Shown here piece by piece: positions 35,241 to 44,104 of a DNA stretch of 64,000 bases. Numbering within the stretch: the first letter of the stretch is position 1; the number at the start of each line of letters is the position of its first letter. The notes beneath the pieces are model-generated. The model was not told where the DNA came from and did no database searches. It saw only the letters and a list, made by a program, of their open reading frames with translations. Made by a program: the position numbers and the translations under genes. Origin of the DNA: an uncultured Gemmatimonadales bacterium (GTDB lineage: Bacteria; Gemmatimonadota; Gemmatimonadetes; Gemmatimonadales; GWC2-71-9); contig CAVZZO010000003.1 of assembly GCA_963779755.1 (NCBI GenBank), positions 64,001 to 128,000 on the forward strand, read 5' to 3'.

Positions 35241-36278
35241 ATGAGATCACTCCTTGCCTTCCTGGCGGCGGCCGCCCTGATCGGGGCCTGCGGCAATGGC
35301 CCGAAGCAGGAAGCCGCCATCGGTACTTCCGGCGCGGCCGGCGATACTCTGAGCCCGCGGGATCTGGCCCTATTCGCTCCGCTCCCGGCTCCTGACCTCG
35401 ACCTCGGGAACCCGGTGGTTCAGGCCCGGATCAGCCTGGGCCGCGAACTCTACCACGAGACGTTACTCTCCGAAGGTCACGATGTCTCCTGCAACACCTG
35501 TCATCCGCTGAACGGCTACGGCGCCGATGGGCGTGCCCTGAGCTTCGGCGACCTGGGCCATACCGGCGGCCGGAACGCGCCCACCGTGTATAACGCCGCC
35601 GGCCATATCGCCCAGTTCTGGGATGGCCGGGCCCCGACCCTCGAGGAACAGGCCAAGGGACCCATTCTCAACCCGGTGGAAATGGCCATGCCGGCCCCCG
35701 AGGCCGTTCTGGCTCATCTTCAGGCCATTCCGGCCTACCGGGCCGCCTTCCGCGCCGCCTTCCCGGACCAGGCGCAGCCGATCACCTACGACAATCTCGG
35801 TCGCGCGATCGGCACCTTCGAACGCGGACTCGTCACGCCGGCCCGCTGGGATCAGTACCTCCAGGGAGACCGGGCCGTGCTGTCGCCCGCGGAATTGCGT
35901 GGCGCCCGCGCGTTTGTGGATGTCGGGTGCGTCGGGTGTCACAATGGGGCCCTGGTTGGCGGTGCCATGTTCCAGCGGCTGGGAGCCCGGACGCCCTATC
36001 CCACCCTGGCGGACAGCGGGCGTTACAAGGTGAGTGGCAGCGCGGCCGACCTGTTCGTCTTCAAGGTGCCGGCCCTGCGAAACGTCGAAATGACCGGCCC
36101 CTATTTCCACGACGGGTCCGTCGGCTCCCTCGAGGAGGCCGTCCGGCTCATGGGCCGGTACCAGCTGGGTGTAGAGCTGTCCGCTCAGCAGATCAGCGAT
36201 ATCCGGGCCTGGCTGGGCAGCCTGACCGGCCGTCTGCCGGGGGAATACATCGCGGATCCGCCGCTGCCCACCCGCTAG
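35241..36278 (+). CDS. Di-heme cytochrome c peroxidase (lipoprotein)
   Basis: Lipobox LIGAC; CNTCH and CVGCH; RNAPTVYN, QFWDGRA, NPVEM, FKVPALRN, PYFHDG. Confidence 0.92.
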   Translation: MRSLLAFLAAAALIGACGNGPKQEAAIGTSGAAGDTLSPRDLALFAPLPAPDLDLGNPVVQARISLGRELYHETLLSEGHDVSCNTCHPLNGYGADGRALSFGDLGHTGGRNAPTVYNAAGHIAQFWDGRAPTLEEQAKGPILNPVEMAMPAPEAVLAHLQAIPAYRAAFRAAFPDQAQPITYDNLGRAIGTFERGLVTPARWDQYLQGDRAVLSPAELRGARAFVDVGCVGCHNGALVGGAMFQRLGARTPYPTLADSGRYKVSGSAADLFVFKVPALRNVEMTGPYFHDGSVGSLEEAVRLMGRYQLGVELSAQQISDIRAWLGSLTGRLPGEYIADPPLPTR

Positions 36279-36387
36279 GATATGGGGTGCAATGAAACGA
36301 TGCTGTGAACACAGATCGTAGCGCCACTTACGGTCTGAACCGGAGTAGATTTACGGTGTTACGCGGACGCGGGGACCTGCCCAGGGT

Positions 36388-36402
36388 TGGCACGGCTTGT
36401 GC
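36388..36402 (+). promoter_or_regulatory. Putative sigma54 -24/-12 promoter
   Basis: TGGCAC-GGCTT-GTGC with GG-N10-GC spacing, 80 nt upstream of ORF 36483. Confidence 0.6.
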
Positions 36403-36482
36403 CACCCTGGCTGTCGCCGCGTCCCAGCGTACCGGTTCGGGAACAGTTCCCGGCGGCCTGACTCCCACTTGGGGATAGACCA

Positions 36483-37187
36483 TTGTCTGGGTTGCTCCTT
36501 CCGCTGGCTCTTGGCATCGCCCTCACGCACTCAGCCGTTGATTCCACCGGTACCCCGGACTCCCTGCCTCCGCCTCCGGCCCCCATCGCCCTGGCCGCCG
36601 TGCTGCCGCCAGGCCGGTTCCAGGCTGCCGGGTCGCCGGCGCCGCTGCGACCCACGCCGCTCCCGGGCATCCTGTATGGAGAGGGTGGTGCCACAGCTTC
36701 CCCCGGCGGGGATCCCGCTGCCGGCCCCAGGCCCAAGGCGGTCGAGTACAGCGACCTGTACTACACCCGGCTCACGATTCACAAGTACGCCAGCTATGCC
36801 ACTCTCCCGCTCTTCATCGCGGAATATTTCGTCGGTCAGAAGCTGATCCATGACGGGCCCAACGCCTCCGACGCGCTGCGAGGCACCCATGGGGCGCTGG
36901 CGGGAGGCATTGCCGTGCTGTTCGGGATCAACACGGTGACCGGCCTCTGGAACCTGTGGGACGCTCGCAAGGACCCGGCGGGGCGGACCCGGCGGACCAT
37001 CCATTCGATTCTCATGCTGGCGGCCGACGCCGGATTTGTCGCCACTGGCGCCACCGCCCCCGGCGAACGGGAGGGATTCACACGGACCATATCCAGTTCC
37101 CGGGCCAATACCCACCGGGCGCTCGCCATCAGCAGCATGAGTCTGGCGACCGCGAGTTACTTGATGATGCTGATCTGGAAGGATTGA
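36483..37187 (+). CDS. Hypothetical membrane protein with four His-led helices (candidate di-heme b carrier)
   Basis: Signal-like N-terminus, Pro-rich linker, four hydrophobic helices starting IHKY, THGA, IHSI, THRA; TTG start uncertain. Confidence 0.7.
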   Translation: MSGLLLPLALGIALTHSAVDSTGTPDSLPPPPAPIALAAVLPPGRFQAAGSPAPLRPTPLPGILYGEGGATASPGGDPAAGPRPKAVEYSDLYYTRLTIHKYASYATLPLFIAEYFVGQKLIHDGPNASDALRGTHGALAGGIAVLFGINTVTGLWNLWDARKDPAGRTRRTIHSILMLAADAGFVATGATAPGEREGFTRTISSSRANTHRALAISSMSLATASYLMMLIWKD

Positions 37188-37191
37188 AGGC

Positions 37192-37695
37192 ATGACCGCA
37201 CTGCTCGACCACGCGGCGGCTCTGGCAACGCCCTGGGCCAATCTGTACAACGACAGCACGGCACTGGAGACCGCCGTCACGTTCGTCCATTTTGCCGGTC
37301 TCCTGGTGGCGGGTGGCTTTGCGCTCGCCGCCGATCGCAGCACCTTGCGCGCCCTGGCCCAGCCGGCCGAGGTGCGTGCGTATCACCTGGGTGAGCTGCG
37401 CGCCGTTCACACGCCGGTGCTGATCGGCCTCGCCGCCACAGCCGTGAGCGGAGTGCTGATGTTCGCTGCCGACCTGCAGACCTTTGCCACCTCGTGGGTG
37501 TTCTGGACCAAGATGGCCCTGCTCCTCCTGCTGATGCTCAACGGCCTCGGCATGATGCGGGCGGAACAGCGAGCCCGGCAGCCCGCCGGCGGCGGCCCCG
37601 CGCCCTGGAAGGCGCTCAAGCGCACCGCCGTGGCCAGCCTGAGTCTGTGGCTCCTCCTGCTCCTGTTCGGCACCCTTCTTCCCACGATTTCCTGA
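37192..37695 (+). CDS. Small 4-TM membrane protein (DUF6644/DUF2214-like)
   Basis: FVHFAGL, SGVLMF, FWTKM, ASLSLW hydrophobic pattern. Confidence 0.7.
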   Translation: MTALLDHAAALATPWANLYNDSTALETAVTFVHFAGLLVAGGFALAADRSTLRALAQPAEVRAYHLGELRAVHTPVLIGLAATAVSGVLMFAADLQTFATSWVFWTKMALLLLLMLNGLGMMRAEQRARQPAGGGPAPWKALKRTAVASLSLWLLLLLFGTLLPTIS

Positions 37696-37700
37696 TCGTC

Positions 37701-38222
37701 ATGGCCACCACCGAACCCCCCGGCGATTGCCACGGATGTCCGCTGAGCGACCGCCGCAGCTTTCTTCGCAGCGCCGCCCTCACGCTGGGCAGCATCATGT
37801 TGGGCCTGGGGCTCACCCCGGACCAGGCCCGGGCGCTGCCGGTCCGCTTCGCCGCACCGCACGCGGTCGATCCCGATCACGTAGCCTATCCCATCCCCGC
37901 CGGGGACGAGGTCCAGATCGACCGCGACAACGAGGTGATTCTGGTGCGGCACAGCAACGAGCTGTACGCGTTCAATCTCTCCTGCCCCCACCAGCATACC
38001 GCCCTCAAGTGGAACCAGGATGACGGGCAGTTCCAGTGCCCCAAGCATCACTCGCGTTACCAGCCCGACGGCGAGTTCATCTCGGGGCGGGCTACCCGGA
38101 GCATGGATCGGTTCGGGCTCACCCGTGACGGCAGCAACGTCGTGGTGCATCTCGACCAGTACTACCGGCAGGACAAGGAACCCGGGCAGTGGGCCGGGGC
38201 GGTGATTTCCCTGGCTTCCTGA
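37701..38222 (+). CDS. Tat-exported Rieske [2Fe-2S] protein
   Basis: DRRSFLR twin-arginine signal; CPHQ and CPKH boxes. Confidence 0.88.
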   Translation: MATTEPPGDCHGCPLSDRRSFLRSAALTLGSIMLGLGLTPDQARALPVRFAAPHAVDPDHVAYPIPAGDEVQIDRDNEVILVRHSNELYAFNLSCPHQHTALKWNQDDGQFQCPKHHSRYQPDGEFISGRATRSMDRFGLTRDGSNVVVHLDQYYRQDKEPGQWAGAVISLAS

Positions 38223-38271
38223 CCTGCCGCTGGGGGCTCGCTCCCGCGGGGAAGGGCGCTAACTTCTGCTC

Positions 38272-39336
38272 ATGGCGTCCGTACCTCCCCCCGCCGGAGC
38301 GACTCCCCGCTCCTGGATCCGGTCGCTCCTGCGGGTCCCGCTCTTCCATAAACTGCTGCTGGCCAACGCCACCATCGTGGTGGCGGGGGCCGTGGCGGGC
38401 ACCGCCCTCGCGGCCGCCCTGGTGCGCGCCCGCCCGGAACGGCCGCTGGGCGAACTCATTCTGGGACTCGCCCTCGTCGGGATCGGCGTGAGCCTGCTCG
38501 TGAACGCGGTGCTGTTGCGCATTGCCCTGGGGCCGGTGCGGGCGCTGGAGAGCACCGTGGCCCGGATTCAGGCGGGCGACGACGCCGCGCGCGTCCCCAC
38601 TTCACGCGTGGCCGACGCCGATCTCGAACGGCTCATCCTGGCGTTCAACGATATGCTCGACCGGCTCGCACTGGCGCATGACCGGCGCCGCGACATGGCC
38701 CGCCGGGCCCTGGCGGCGCAGGAGGAAGAGCGCAAGCGGATCGCCCGGGAGCTGCACGATGAAACCGCCCAGACCCTGGCGGCCCTGCGTGTCCGGCTCG
38801 AAGTCGCCCGCCGGCAGGCCGACCCCATGCGCCGGGACACCGCGTTGGAGGAGATCCGGGGCGCCCTGGGCGAAGCCATGGAGGGCGTGCGGCGGTTTGC
38901 CCACGGGCTGCGCCCCGCCGCCCTGGAAGACGCCGGGCTGAGCGCGGCCATCCAGGCCCACGTGCGACGCCTGGCGGAGGCGACTGAAGTTCCTATCGAA
39001 ATCGAAGCGGCCGACCTGCGGGGCCTGCTGAGTGCCCCGGCCGAGCTGGCGCTCTACCGCATTCTCCAGGAGGCCATCGCCAACGCCGTGCGCCATGCCG
39101 GCGCCGGCCGGATCGCCGTGCGCATCCGGCGGGAAGGCGATACCATCCGGGGGCTGGTCTCGGATGACGGTCGCGGGTTTGATCCGGCGGCCGTCATGCG
39201 GGGCGGCGGCCTGGGGCTTTTCGGGCTGCGGGAGCGCGCATCCTATATCGGTGGAGCGGTGGAGATCGTCTCCCGGCCGGGCGCGGGCACCAGGATCGAG
39301 ATTACCGTCCCTCTGAAGCGGGAAGGCGGCGCATGA
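38272..39336 (+). CDS. Sensor histidine kinase (HisKA_3, HAMP)
   Basis: 2 TM helices, HAMP, ERKRIARELHDE, QEAIANAVRHA, DDGRGF, GLGL. Confidence 0.92.
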   Translation: MASVPPPAGATPRSWIRSLLRVPLFHKLLLANATIVVAGAVAGTALAAALVRARPERPLGELILGLALVGIGVSLLVNAVLLRIALGPVRALESTVARIQAGDDAARVPTSRVADADLERLILAFNDMLDRLALAHDRRRDMARRALAAQEEERKRIARELHDETAQTLAALRVRLEVARRQADPMRRDTALEEIRGALGEAMEGVRRFAHGLRPAALEDAGLSAAIQAHVRRLAEATEVPIEIEAADLRGLLSAPAELALYRILQEAIANAVRHAGAGRIAVRIRREGDTIRGLVSDDGRGFDPAAVMRGGGLGLFGLRERASYIGGAVEIVSRPGAGTRIEITVPLKREGGA

Positions 39337-39989
39337 CCGAGGTTACCACCATCCTCCTGGTAGACGACCACGCCGTGCTGCGGGCCGGCCTCAAGGCCCT
39401 GCTGAACGTCGAGCCCGATTTCCAGGTGGTTGGGGAAGCCGGCTCGGGCGAAGAAGCGCTCGAGCGGGTGCGCGAACTGCGGCCCGCCGTCGTGGTCATG
39501 GATCTGTCGATGCCGGGGATCGGAGGGCTCGAGGCCATGCGGCGCATCGGCGCCATGGGCCTGGGCACCCGGCTCCTGGTGCTCACCGCCCACGGTGAAG
39601 AAGAATTTCTCTTTCCCGTGCTGGAGGCCGGCGGTAGCGGCTACGTCACCAAGGCCGGGGCCGACCGCGAGCTTACCGAGGCCATCCGCACGGTGGCCCG
39701 CGGCGAGGTGTTCCTCTACCCCGACGCCCAGCGGCTCCTGCTGGAGCGCTATCAGCGCAGCCAGGGCGGCAGCGATGACGATCCCCTGGGGAAGCTCAGC
39801 AACCGGGAGCGCCAGGTCCTGGCCCTCACGGCTGAAGGCTACAGCGCCACCGAGATCGGCGAGCGGCTTTTTCTCTCCAGCAAGACGGTCGATACCTACC
39901 GCGCGCGGGTCATGCAGAAGCTGGGTCTCCACCACCGCTCCGAATTGGTCCGTTTCGCCCTCCGGGTCGGGCTGCTCCGTTCGGTCTGA
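39333..39989 (+). CDS. NarL/NreC-family response regulator
   Basis: LLVDDH, VMDLSMP, LuxR HTH LSNRERQVL...KTVDTYRARVMQKL. Confidence 0.93.
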   Translation: MTEVTTILLVDDHAVLRAGLKALLNVEPDFQVVGEAGSGEEALERVRELRPAVVVMDLSMPGIGGLEAMRRIGAMGLGTRLLVLTAHGEEEFLFPVLEAGGSGYVTKAGADRELTEAIRTVARGEVFLYPDAQRLLLERYQRSQGGSDDDPLGKLSNRERQVLALTAEGYSATEIGERLFLSSKTVDTYRARVMQKLGLHHRSELVRFALRVGLLRSV

Positions 39990-40104
39990 GCGATGTCGGG
40001 CGATCTCCCACACGATTTTGCGGTACTCCTCCGACAAGACGCAGCCGACTAAAAACGGTACTTTCCGTCGCAAACAGGAATAGTCCCAAGCGACGGAGTT
40101 GTCC

Positions 40105-41103
40105 ATGTCCCGCGTCCTCAAGTTTGCCGCCATTCCCGCCGCCTCTCTGGTGGCGATCGCTCTGCTGGCCGCCGGCCATCGTGCCCCGGCGGTCTCGTCC
40201 ACCGACTTCGGCAGGACCGTTACGCCGACAAGCCCGGTGTACCGGGCAGAGCTGAGTCCCGTGGGACCGGCGGGGATCAAGGAATTCCGGATCCCCATCA
40301 GTCACGATACGGTGCAGATCGCCGACGGAGTCCGGTACGACGGCTGGACCTTTGGTGGAACGGTGCCGGGGCCGGTGATCCGGGTGCGCCAGGGCGACCT
40401 GGTCCGCATCAAGCTGGTGAATCAGGCGCCGATGCCGCACTCGATCGACTTCCATGCCGCGCGGATTCCCATGAGCACGGCGTTCCGCACCATCATGCCG
40501 GGAGATTCGCTGAGCTTCGAATTCACCGCCACGACGCCGGGAGCCTACCTGGTCCACTGCGGCACGGCGCCGGTGCTGCTGCACATCATGCAGGGCATGT
40601 ACCTGCCCATCATCGTGGATCCGAAGGACGGCTGGCCCGATCATGCCGACCGGGAATTCATCGTGCTGCAGAGCGAGTTCTATCCTCGGGCCGACAGCAC
40701 CCGGAGCGTTGAGGAGCCCGACTATGCGGCCGCGCTCGCCGACCAGCCCACCTATGTCGTCTTCAACGGCCGCGCGGCGCAGTACCAGCAGCATCCCCTG
40801 CAGGTCAGCGTCGGCGACCGCGTCCGCCTCTTCGTGGTGAATGCCGGACCCAACGAACACAGCGATTTCCACATCGTCGGGACCATGTTCGACAAGGTGT
40901 ATCCCGACGGCAATCTCTCGCACGCGCTGGAGAACGTGCAGACCTGGAGCGTCCCGGCCGGCAGCGGCGCGGTCTTCGAGACGCACTTCGATGCCGACGG
41001 GAGCGGGGCAGGCACCTATGCCTTCGTGACGCACAGCTTTGCCGCGGCAGCCAAGGGCGCGGTCGGACTGATCCAGGTTTCGCCGGCCACAGCGACCCGC
41101 TGA
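40105..41103 (+). CDS. nirK: Copper-containing nitrite reductase (two-domain cupredoxin)
   Basis: Signal peptide; HSIDFH, HC-x7-H-x4-M, FHIVG and VTHSF supply all type-1/type-2 Cu ligands plus the catalytic Asp and His. Confidence 0.8.
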   Translation: MSRVLKFAAIPAASLVAIALLAAGHRAPAVSSTDFGRTVTPTSPVYRAELSPVGPAGIKEFRIPISHDTVQIADGVRYDGWTFGGTVPGPVIRVRQGDLVRIKLVNQAPMPHSIDFHAARIPMSTAFRTIMPGDSLSFEFTATTPGAYLVHCGTAPVLLHIMQGMYLPIIVDPKDGWPDHADREFIVLQSEFYPRADSTRSVEEPDYAAALADQPTYVVFNGRAAQYQQHPLQVSVGDRVRLFVVNAGPNEHSDFHIVGTMFDKVYPDGNLSHALENVQTWSVPAGSGAVFETHFDADGSGAGTYAFVTHSFAAAAKGAVGLIQVSPATATR

Positions 41104-41104
41104 A

Positions 41105-41812
41105 ATGGCGCCGATGCCTTCGCAAGGTGCGCCGGCTATGGCAGGGGCGGCGCTGGGCGAGACCCGGCGCCTGCTCCTGCTGGCGCTGAAGCAGCACGGC
41201 CCCGCCACCCTGGCCGAGTTGGGCGAACGGGTGCCTCTCGCGGCGGCAACGCTGCGGGAGCATCTCCAGAACCTCATGGCCCTGCATCTGGCCGAGCGCT
41301 GCGGCACCCGCAAGCGGGAGCAGGGACGTGGCCGCCCGGAGGTGGTCTACGGGCTGAGCGCCGAGGCCGAAGGCCTCTTCCCCGCGGGCGAGGGCGATCT
41401 CCTGCAGGACCTGATCGGCTGGCTCTCCGGCGGCGACCGGCAGCCGTTACTGGAGCAGTTCTTCGCGACCCGCAACGCGGGCCGGCTGGCCGCGGGGCGG
41501 CGGCGCCTGGCCGGTCTCGAGGGCCGGGAACGGCTCCAGGCGGTAGCAGCCATTCTCAGCGAAGAGGGCTACATGGCGGAGGTGCACCAGGGGGCCGATG
41601 CGCCCGTCCTCCGGCTCTGCCACTGCCCCTTGCGAAGCGTCACTGGTGCCTCTTCGCTGCCCTGCCGGGCCGAGATCGCGCTGGTGCAGGGTCTGGTCGG
41701 GGCGCCGCTGCGCCGCACCGCCTGGATGCCCGACGGTGACCACACCTGCGAGTACACGGTCGGCGCATCCGACCGTTCGCCATCAACCCATACCACAGGA
41801 GCCGATCGGTGA
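41105..41812 (+). CDS. SufR-like HTH transcriptional regulator
   Basis: wHTH with LREHL..L and GRGRP; C-terminal C-x12-C-x2-E...C. Confidence 0.78.
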   Translation: MAPMPSQGAPAMAGAALGETRRLLLLALKQHGPATLAELGERVPLAAATLREHLQNLMALHLAERCGTRKREQGRGRPEVVYGLSAEAEGLFPAGEGDLLQDLIGWLSGGDRQPLLEQFFATRNAGRLAAGRRRLAGLEGRERLQAVAAILSEEGYMAEVHQGADAPVLRLCHCPLRSVTGASSLPCRAEIALVQGLVGAPLRRTAWMPDGDHTCEYTVGASDRSPSTHTTGADR

Positions 41813-42030
41813 AATCGCTCGATGTTCGCCCCCTTCCTCCCCGGGAGAAGCATCCCGCCATCTTCCAGTTGTTTGACGCCCTGCCCGCCGGGGCCGAATT
41901 CGAGCTGGTGAACGACCACAATCCGCGCCCGCTGTTTTACCAGTTCCAGGCCGAGCGCCCCGAAGCCTTTACCTGGCGCGCCCTGGAAGAGGGGCCCGAG
42001 GTGTGGCGGATTGCGATCGGCAAGCCGTGA
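41809..42030 (+). CDS. DUF2249 family protein
   Basis: LDVRPLPPREKHPAIF, LVNDHNPRPLFYQF, EEGPEVWRI. Confidence 0.85.
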   Translation: MKSLDVRPLPPREKHPAIFQLFDALPAGAEFELVNDHNPRPLFYQFQAERPEAFTWRALEEGPEVWRIAIGKP

Positions 42031-43313
42031 CGGCAGCCCTGCCGCTCGCGCCGGCCACCGCCCCGGCGTCCACCGGCGCCGAGGCGGAGCCGCCGCCTTT
42101 TCTCCTTCCGGCGGAGCACTTCGCGGCCGGGCTCTTCTGGCTCACGCTTGGCTCTGCCGCCCTGGTGCTGATCGCGCCGGATCTGGCGCGTGGCGGCTTT
42201 CTGAATCCTCGAAGCATCGCCGTCACCCACTGCTTCACGCTGGGCGTGATCACCACGTCGATTTTCGGCGCGCTCTATCAGATCTTCCCTGTGGCCCTGG
42301 GGATCGGCGCGCGCAGCATCCGGGCGGCCCATCGCACCTTCTGGGTCCTCCAGGCGGGCATCCTGGCGCTGGTGGCGGGCGCCTGGTGGTGGCGCCCGGC
42401 GCTGCTGGGGCTCGGCTGGGTGCTGCTCGCTGCCGCCGTGGGAGGCATGTCCTGGAACCTCCTTCCCCAACGGCGCCGCGCGCCGCGCGGCCGGCTCATC
42501 GGGCTCTACATCAGCGCCGGGCACTCCGCGCTGGGCCTGGCCATGGCGGTCGTCGCCGTGCGCCTGGGTAACGCGGCGGGGTGGTGGAACGTCGACCGTC
42601 TCGACTTCCTCACCGCACACGTGCACCTGGCCCTTGTCGGCTTTGCCACCCTGACGGTAATCGGCGTGGGGAGCCGGCTGCTCCCCATGTTCCTCCTGGC
42701 CCACGGGCATCTGGAGCGGCCGCTCCGCTGGATCGGGCCCGCGCTGGGCGCCGGCCTCCTGGGCTACGCTACCGGCGCGCTCGCACGCTGGCCGGCGCTC
42801 CGCGTGGCGGGGGGACTCGCCATGGCGGTGAGTCTCACGGCGTACCTCGGTGTGGCGGCCCTCTATTTCCGCCGCCGCAATCGCCGGATGGACCCGGGGC
42901 TGGCCCATGTCGCGCTGGCGTTTCTGTGGCTGGGCTGTGCCGTTCTGCTCGGCCTCATTCTCCTGTTTCGCTCCCGGTTCGACCCCCGGCTGGTGACGGT
43001 GTACGGTCTGGCCGGCCTCCTGGGGTGGCTGACCCTGCTGGTGATCGGGGTCTATCAGAAGATCATCCCCTTTCTCACCTGGCTGCACCGCTTCGGCACC
43101 CGGGCGGGACTGCCCGATACCCCCACCGTAGCCCAGCTGGTAACCCCGGCGTTCGGCTGGTCGGCCCTGGCCGCGTACGGTGCGGGGCTGCCGCTGCTGG
43201 CCCTGGGCCTCGCCCGGGGGTCGGGCCCGGTGGCGACCGCCGGCGCGGCGCTGTGGAGCGCCGGGACGGTGTTCATCCTGCTGCATCACTTCCGCCTCGC
43301 TACCCGCCGATGA
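42027..43313 (+). CDS. Polytopic membrane protein with heme-copper-oxidase/NnrS-like three-fold repeat
   Basis: About 12 TM; repeats THCFTLG..IFGALYQIFP / HVHLALVG..VIGVGSRLLP / YGLAGLLG..VIGVYQKIIP. Confidence 0.7.
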   Translation: MTAALPLAPATAPASTGAEAEPPPFLLPAEHFAAGLFWLTLGSAALVLIAPDLARGGFLNPRSIAVTHCFTLGVITTSIFGALYQIFPVALGIGARSIRAAHRTFWVLQAGILALVAGAWWWRPALLGLGWVLLAAAVGGMSWNLLPQRRRAPRGRLIGLYISAGHSALGLAMAVVAVRLGNAAGWWNVDRLDFLTAHVHLALVGFATLTVIGVGSRLLPMFLLAHGHLERPLRWIGPALGAGLLGYATGALARWPALRVAGGLAMAVSLTAYLGVAALYFRRRNRRMDPGLAHVALAFLWLGCAVLLGLILLFRSRFDPRLVTVYGLAGLLGWLTLLVIGVYQKIIPFLTWLHRFGTRAGLPDTPTVAQLVTPAFGWSALAAYGAGLPLLALGLARGSGPVATAGAALWSAGTVFILLHHFRLATRR

Positions 43314-43597
43314 ACGCACCCGTCGCAGTCGACCGGGTCAACCAGGTCTACCGCCGGCTCATCGGGGTCATCGATCCGGAGCTGGGCCTCAGTATCGTCA
43401 AACTGGGCCTGATCTATGATCTCGAGGTCAGGGGCGACGATGTCAACGTCACGATGACCCTGACCACACGCGGCTGTCCGCTCGAGGCGGCCATCCGCTC
43501 CGGTGTCGAGCGGGCCGTGCGCGCACTGCCCTGGGTGGGCGGGCTCGAGGTGCGCATTGTCTGGGAACCGGCCTGGAATCCATCCATGATCCGATAG
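43310..43597 (+). CDS. DUF59/SufT metal-sulfur cluster assembly factor
   Basis: VIDPELGLSIVKLGLIYD, MTLTTRGCP, VWEPAW. Confidence 0.88.
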   Translation: MNAPVAVDRVNQVYRRLIGVIDPELGLSIVKLGLIYDLEVRGDDVNVTMTLTTRGCPLEAAIRSGVERAVRALPWVGGLEVRIVWEPAWNPSMIR

Positions 43598-43606
43598 GAG
43601 CCTGTC

Positions 43607-44035
43607 ATGAGCACCAGTGAAGCACCGACCAAGAGTCTGGAACTCGACGTGCGCCCCGTGCTGGCGCAGGGGGGCGAACCCCTGGAAATGATCCTGGCGG
43701 CCGCCTCCCGGGTCGCGGCCGGCGGCACCCTGCTGTTAACCGCGCCATTCGAGCCGGTGCCGCTCTACCGCGTTCTGGCGGCCCGCGGCTTCGTGAGGGA
43801 GACGGAGCAGCTCGGTCCCGCCGAGTGGCGGATACGATTCCGCCACACCGGGATCACCGAGCAGGCTACGGTCGCCGAGATTTTCGAGCGTTTCCCCTCC
43901 ACCGGGCCGGTCCTGGCGGAATTCGGCCTGGATCTCTGTTGCGGCGGCGCCAGAACTCTCCAGACCGTGGCCGAGGTCCACCGGCTGCCGCTGGCTGAGC
44001 TGCTCGGGCGGCTACGCGCGGCCGCGATGGAGTAA
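43607..44035 (+). CDS. DUF2249 + ScdA_N (DUF542) fusion
   Basis: LDVRPVLAQGGEP..APFEPVPLY, then TVAEI..FP..VLAEFGLDLCCGG..TL. Confidence 0.78.
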   Translation: MSTSEAPTKSLELDVRPVLAQGGEPLEMILAAASRVAAGGTLLLTAPFEPVPLYRVLAARGFVRETEQLGPAEWRIRFRHTGITEQATVAEIFERFPSTGPVLAEFGLDLCCGGARTLQTVAEVHRLPLAELLGRLRAAAME

Positions 44036-44104
44036 GCCGGCGCGCCTTGCGGCGCCGCGGGGGGTCCGGTTCTCTTGGGAAGGACCCGGATCCGAATCGA
44101 GCCT

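Noticed and set aside
35163..36780. 15-nt direct repeat CCCGGCTCACGATTC at 35163 and 36766
   Set aside because: The second copy is inside a CDS, and matches of this length are expected by chance in 64 kb of GC-rich DNA
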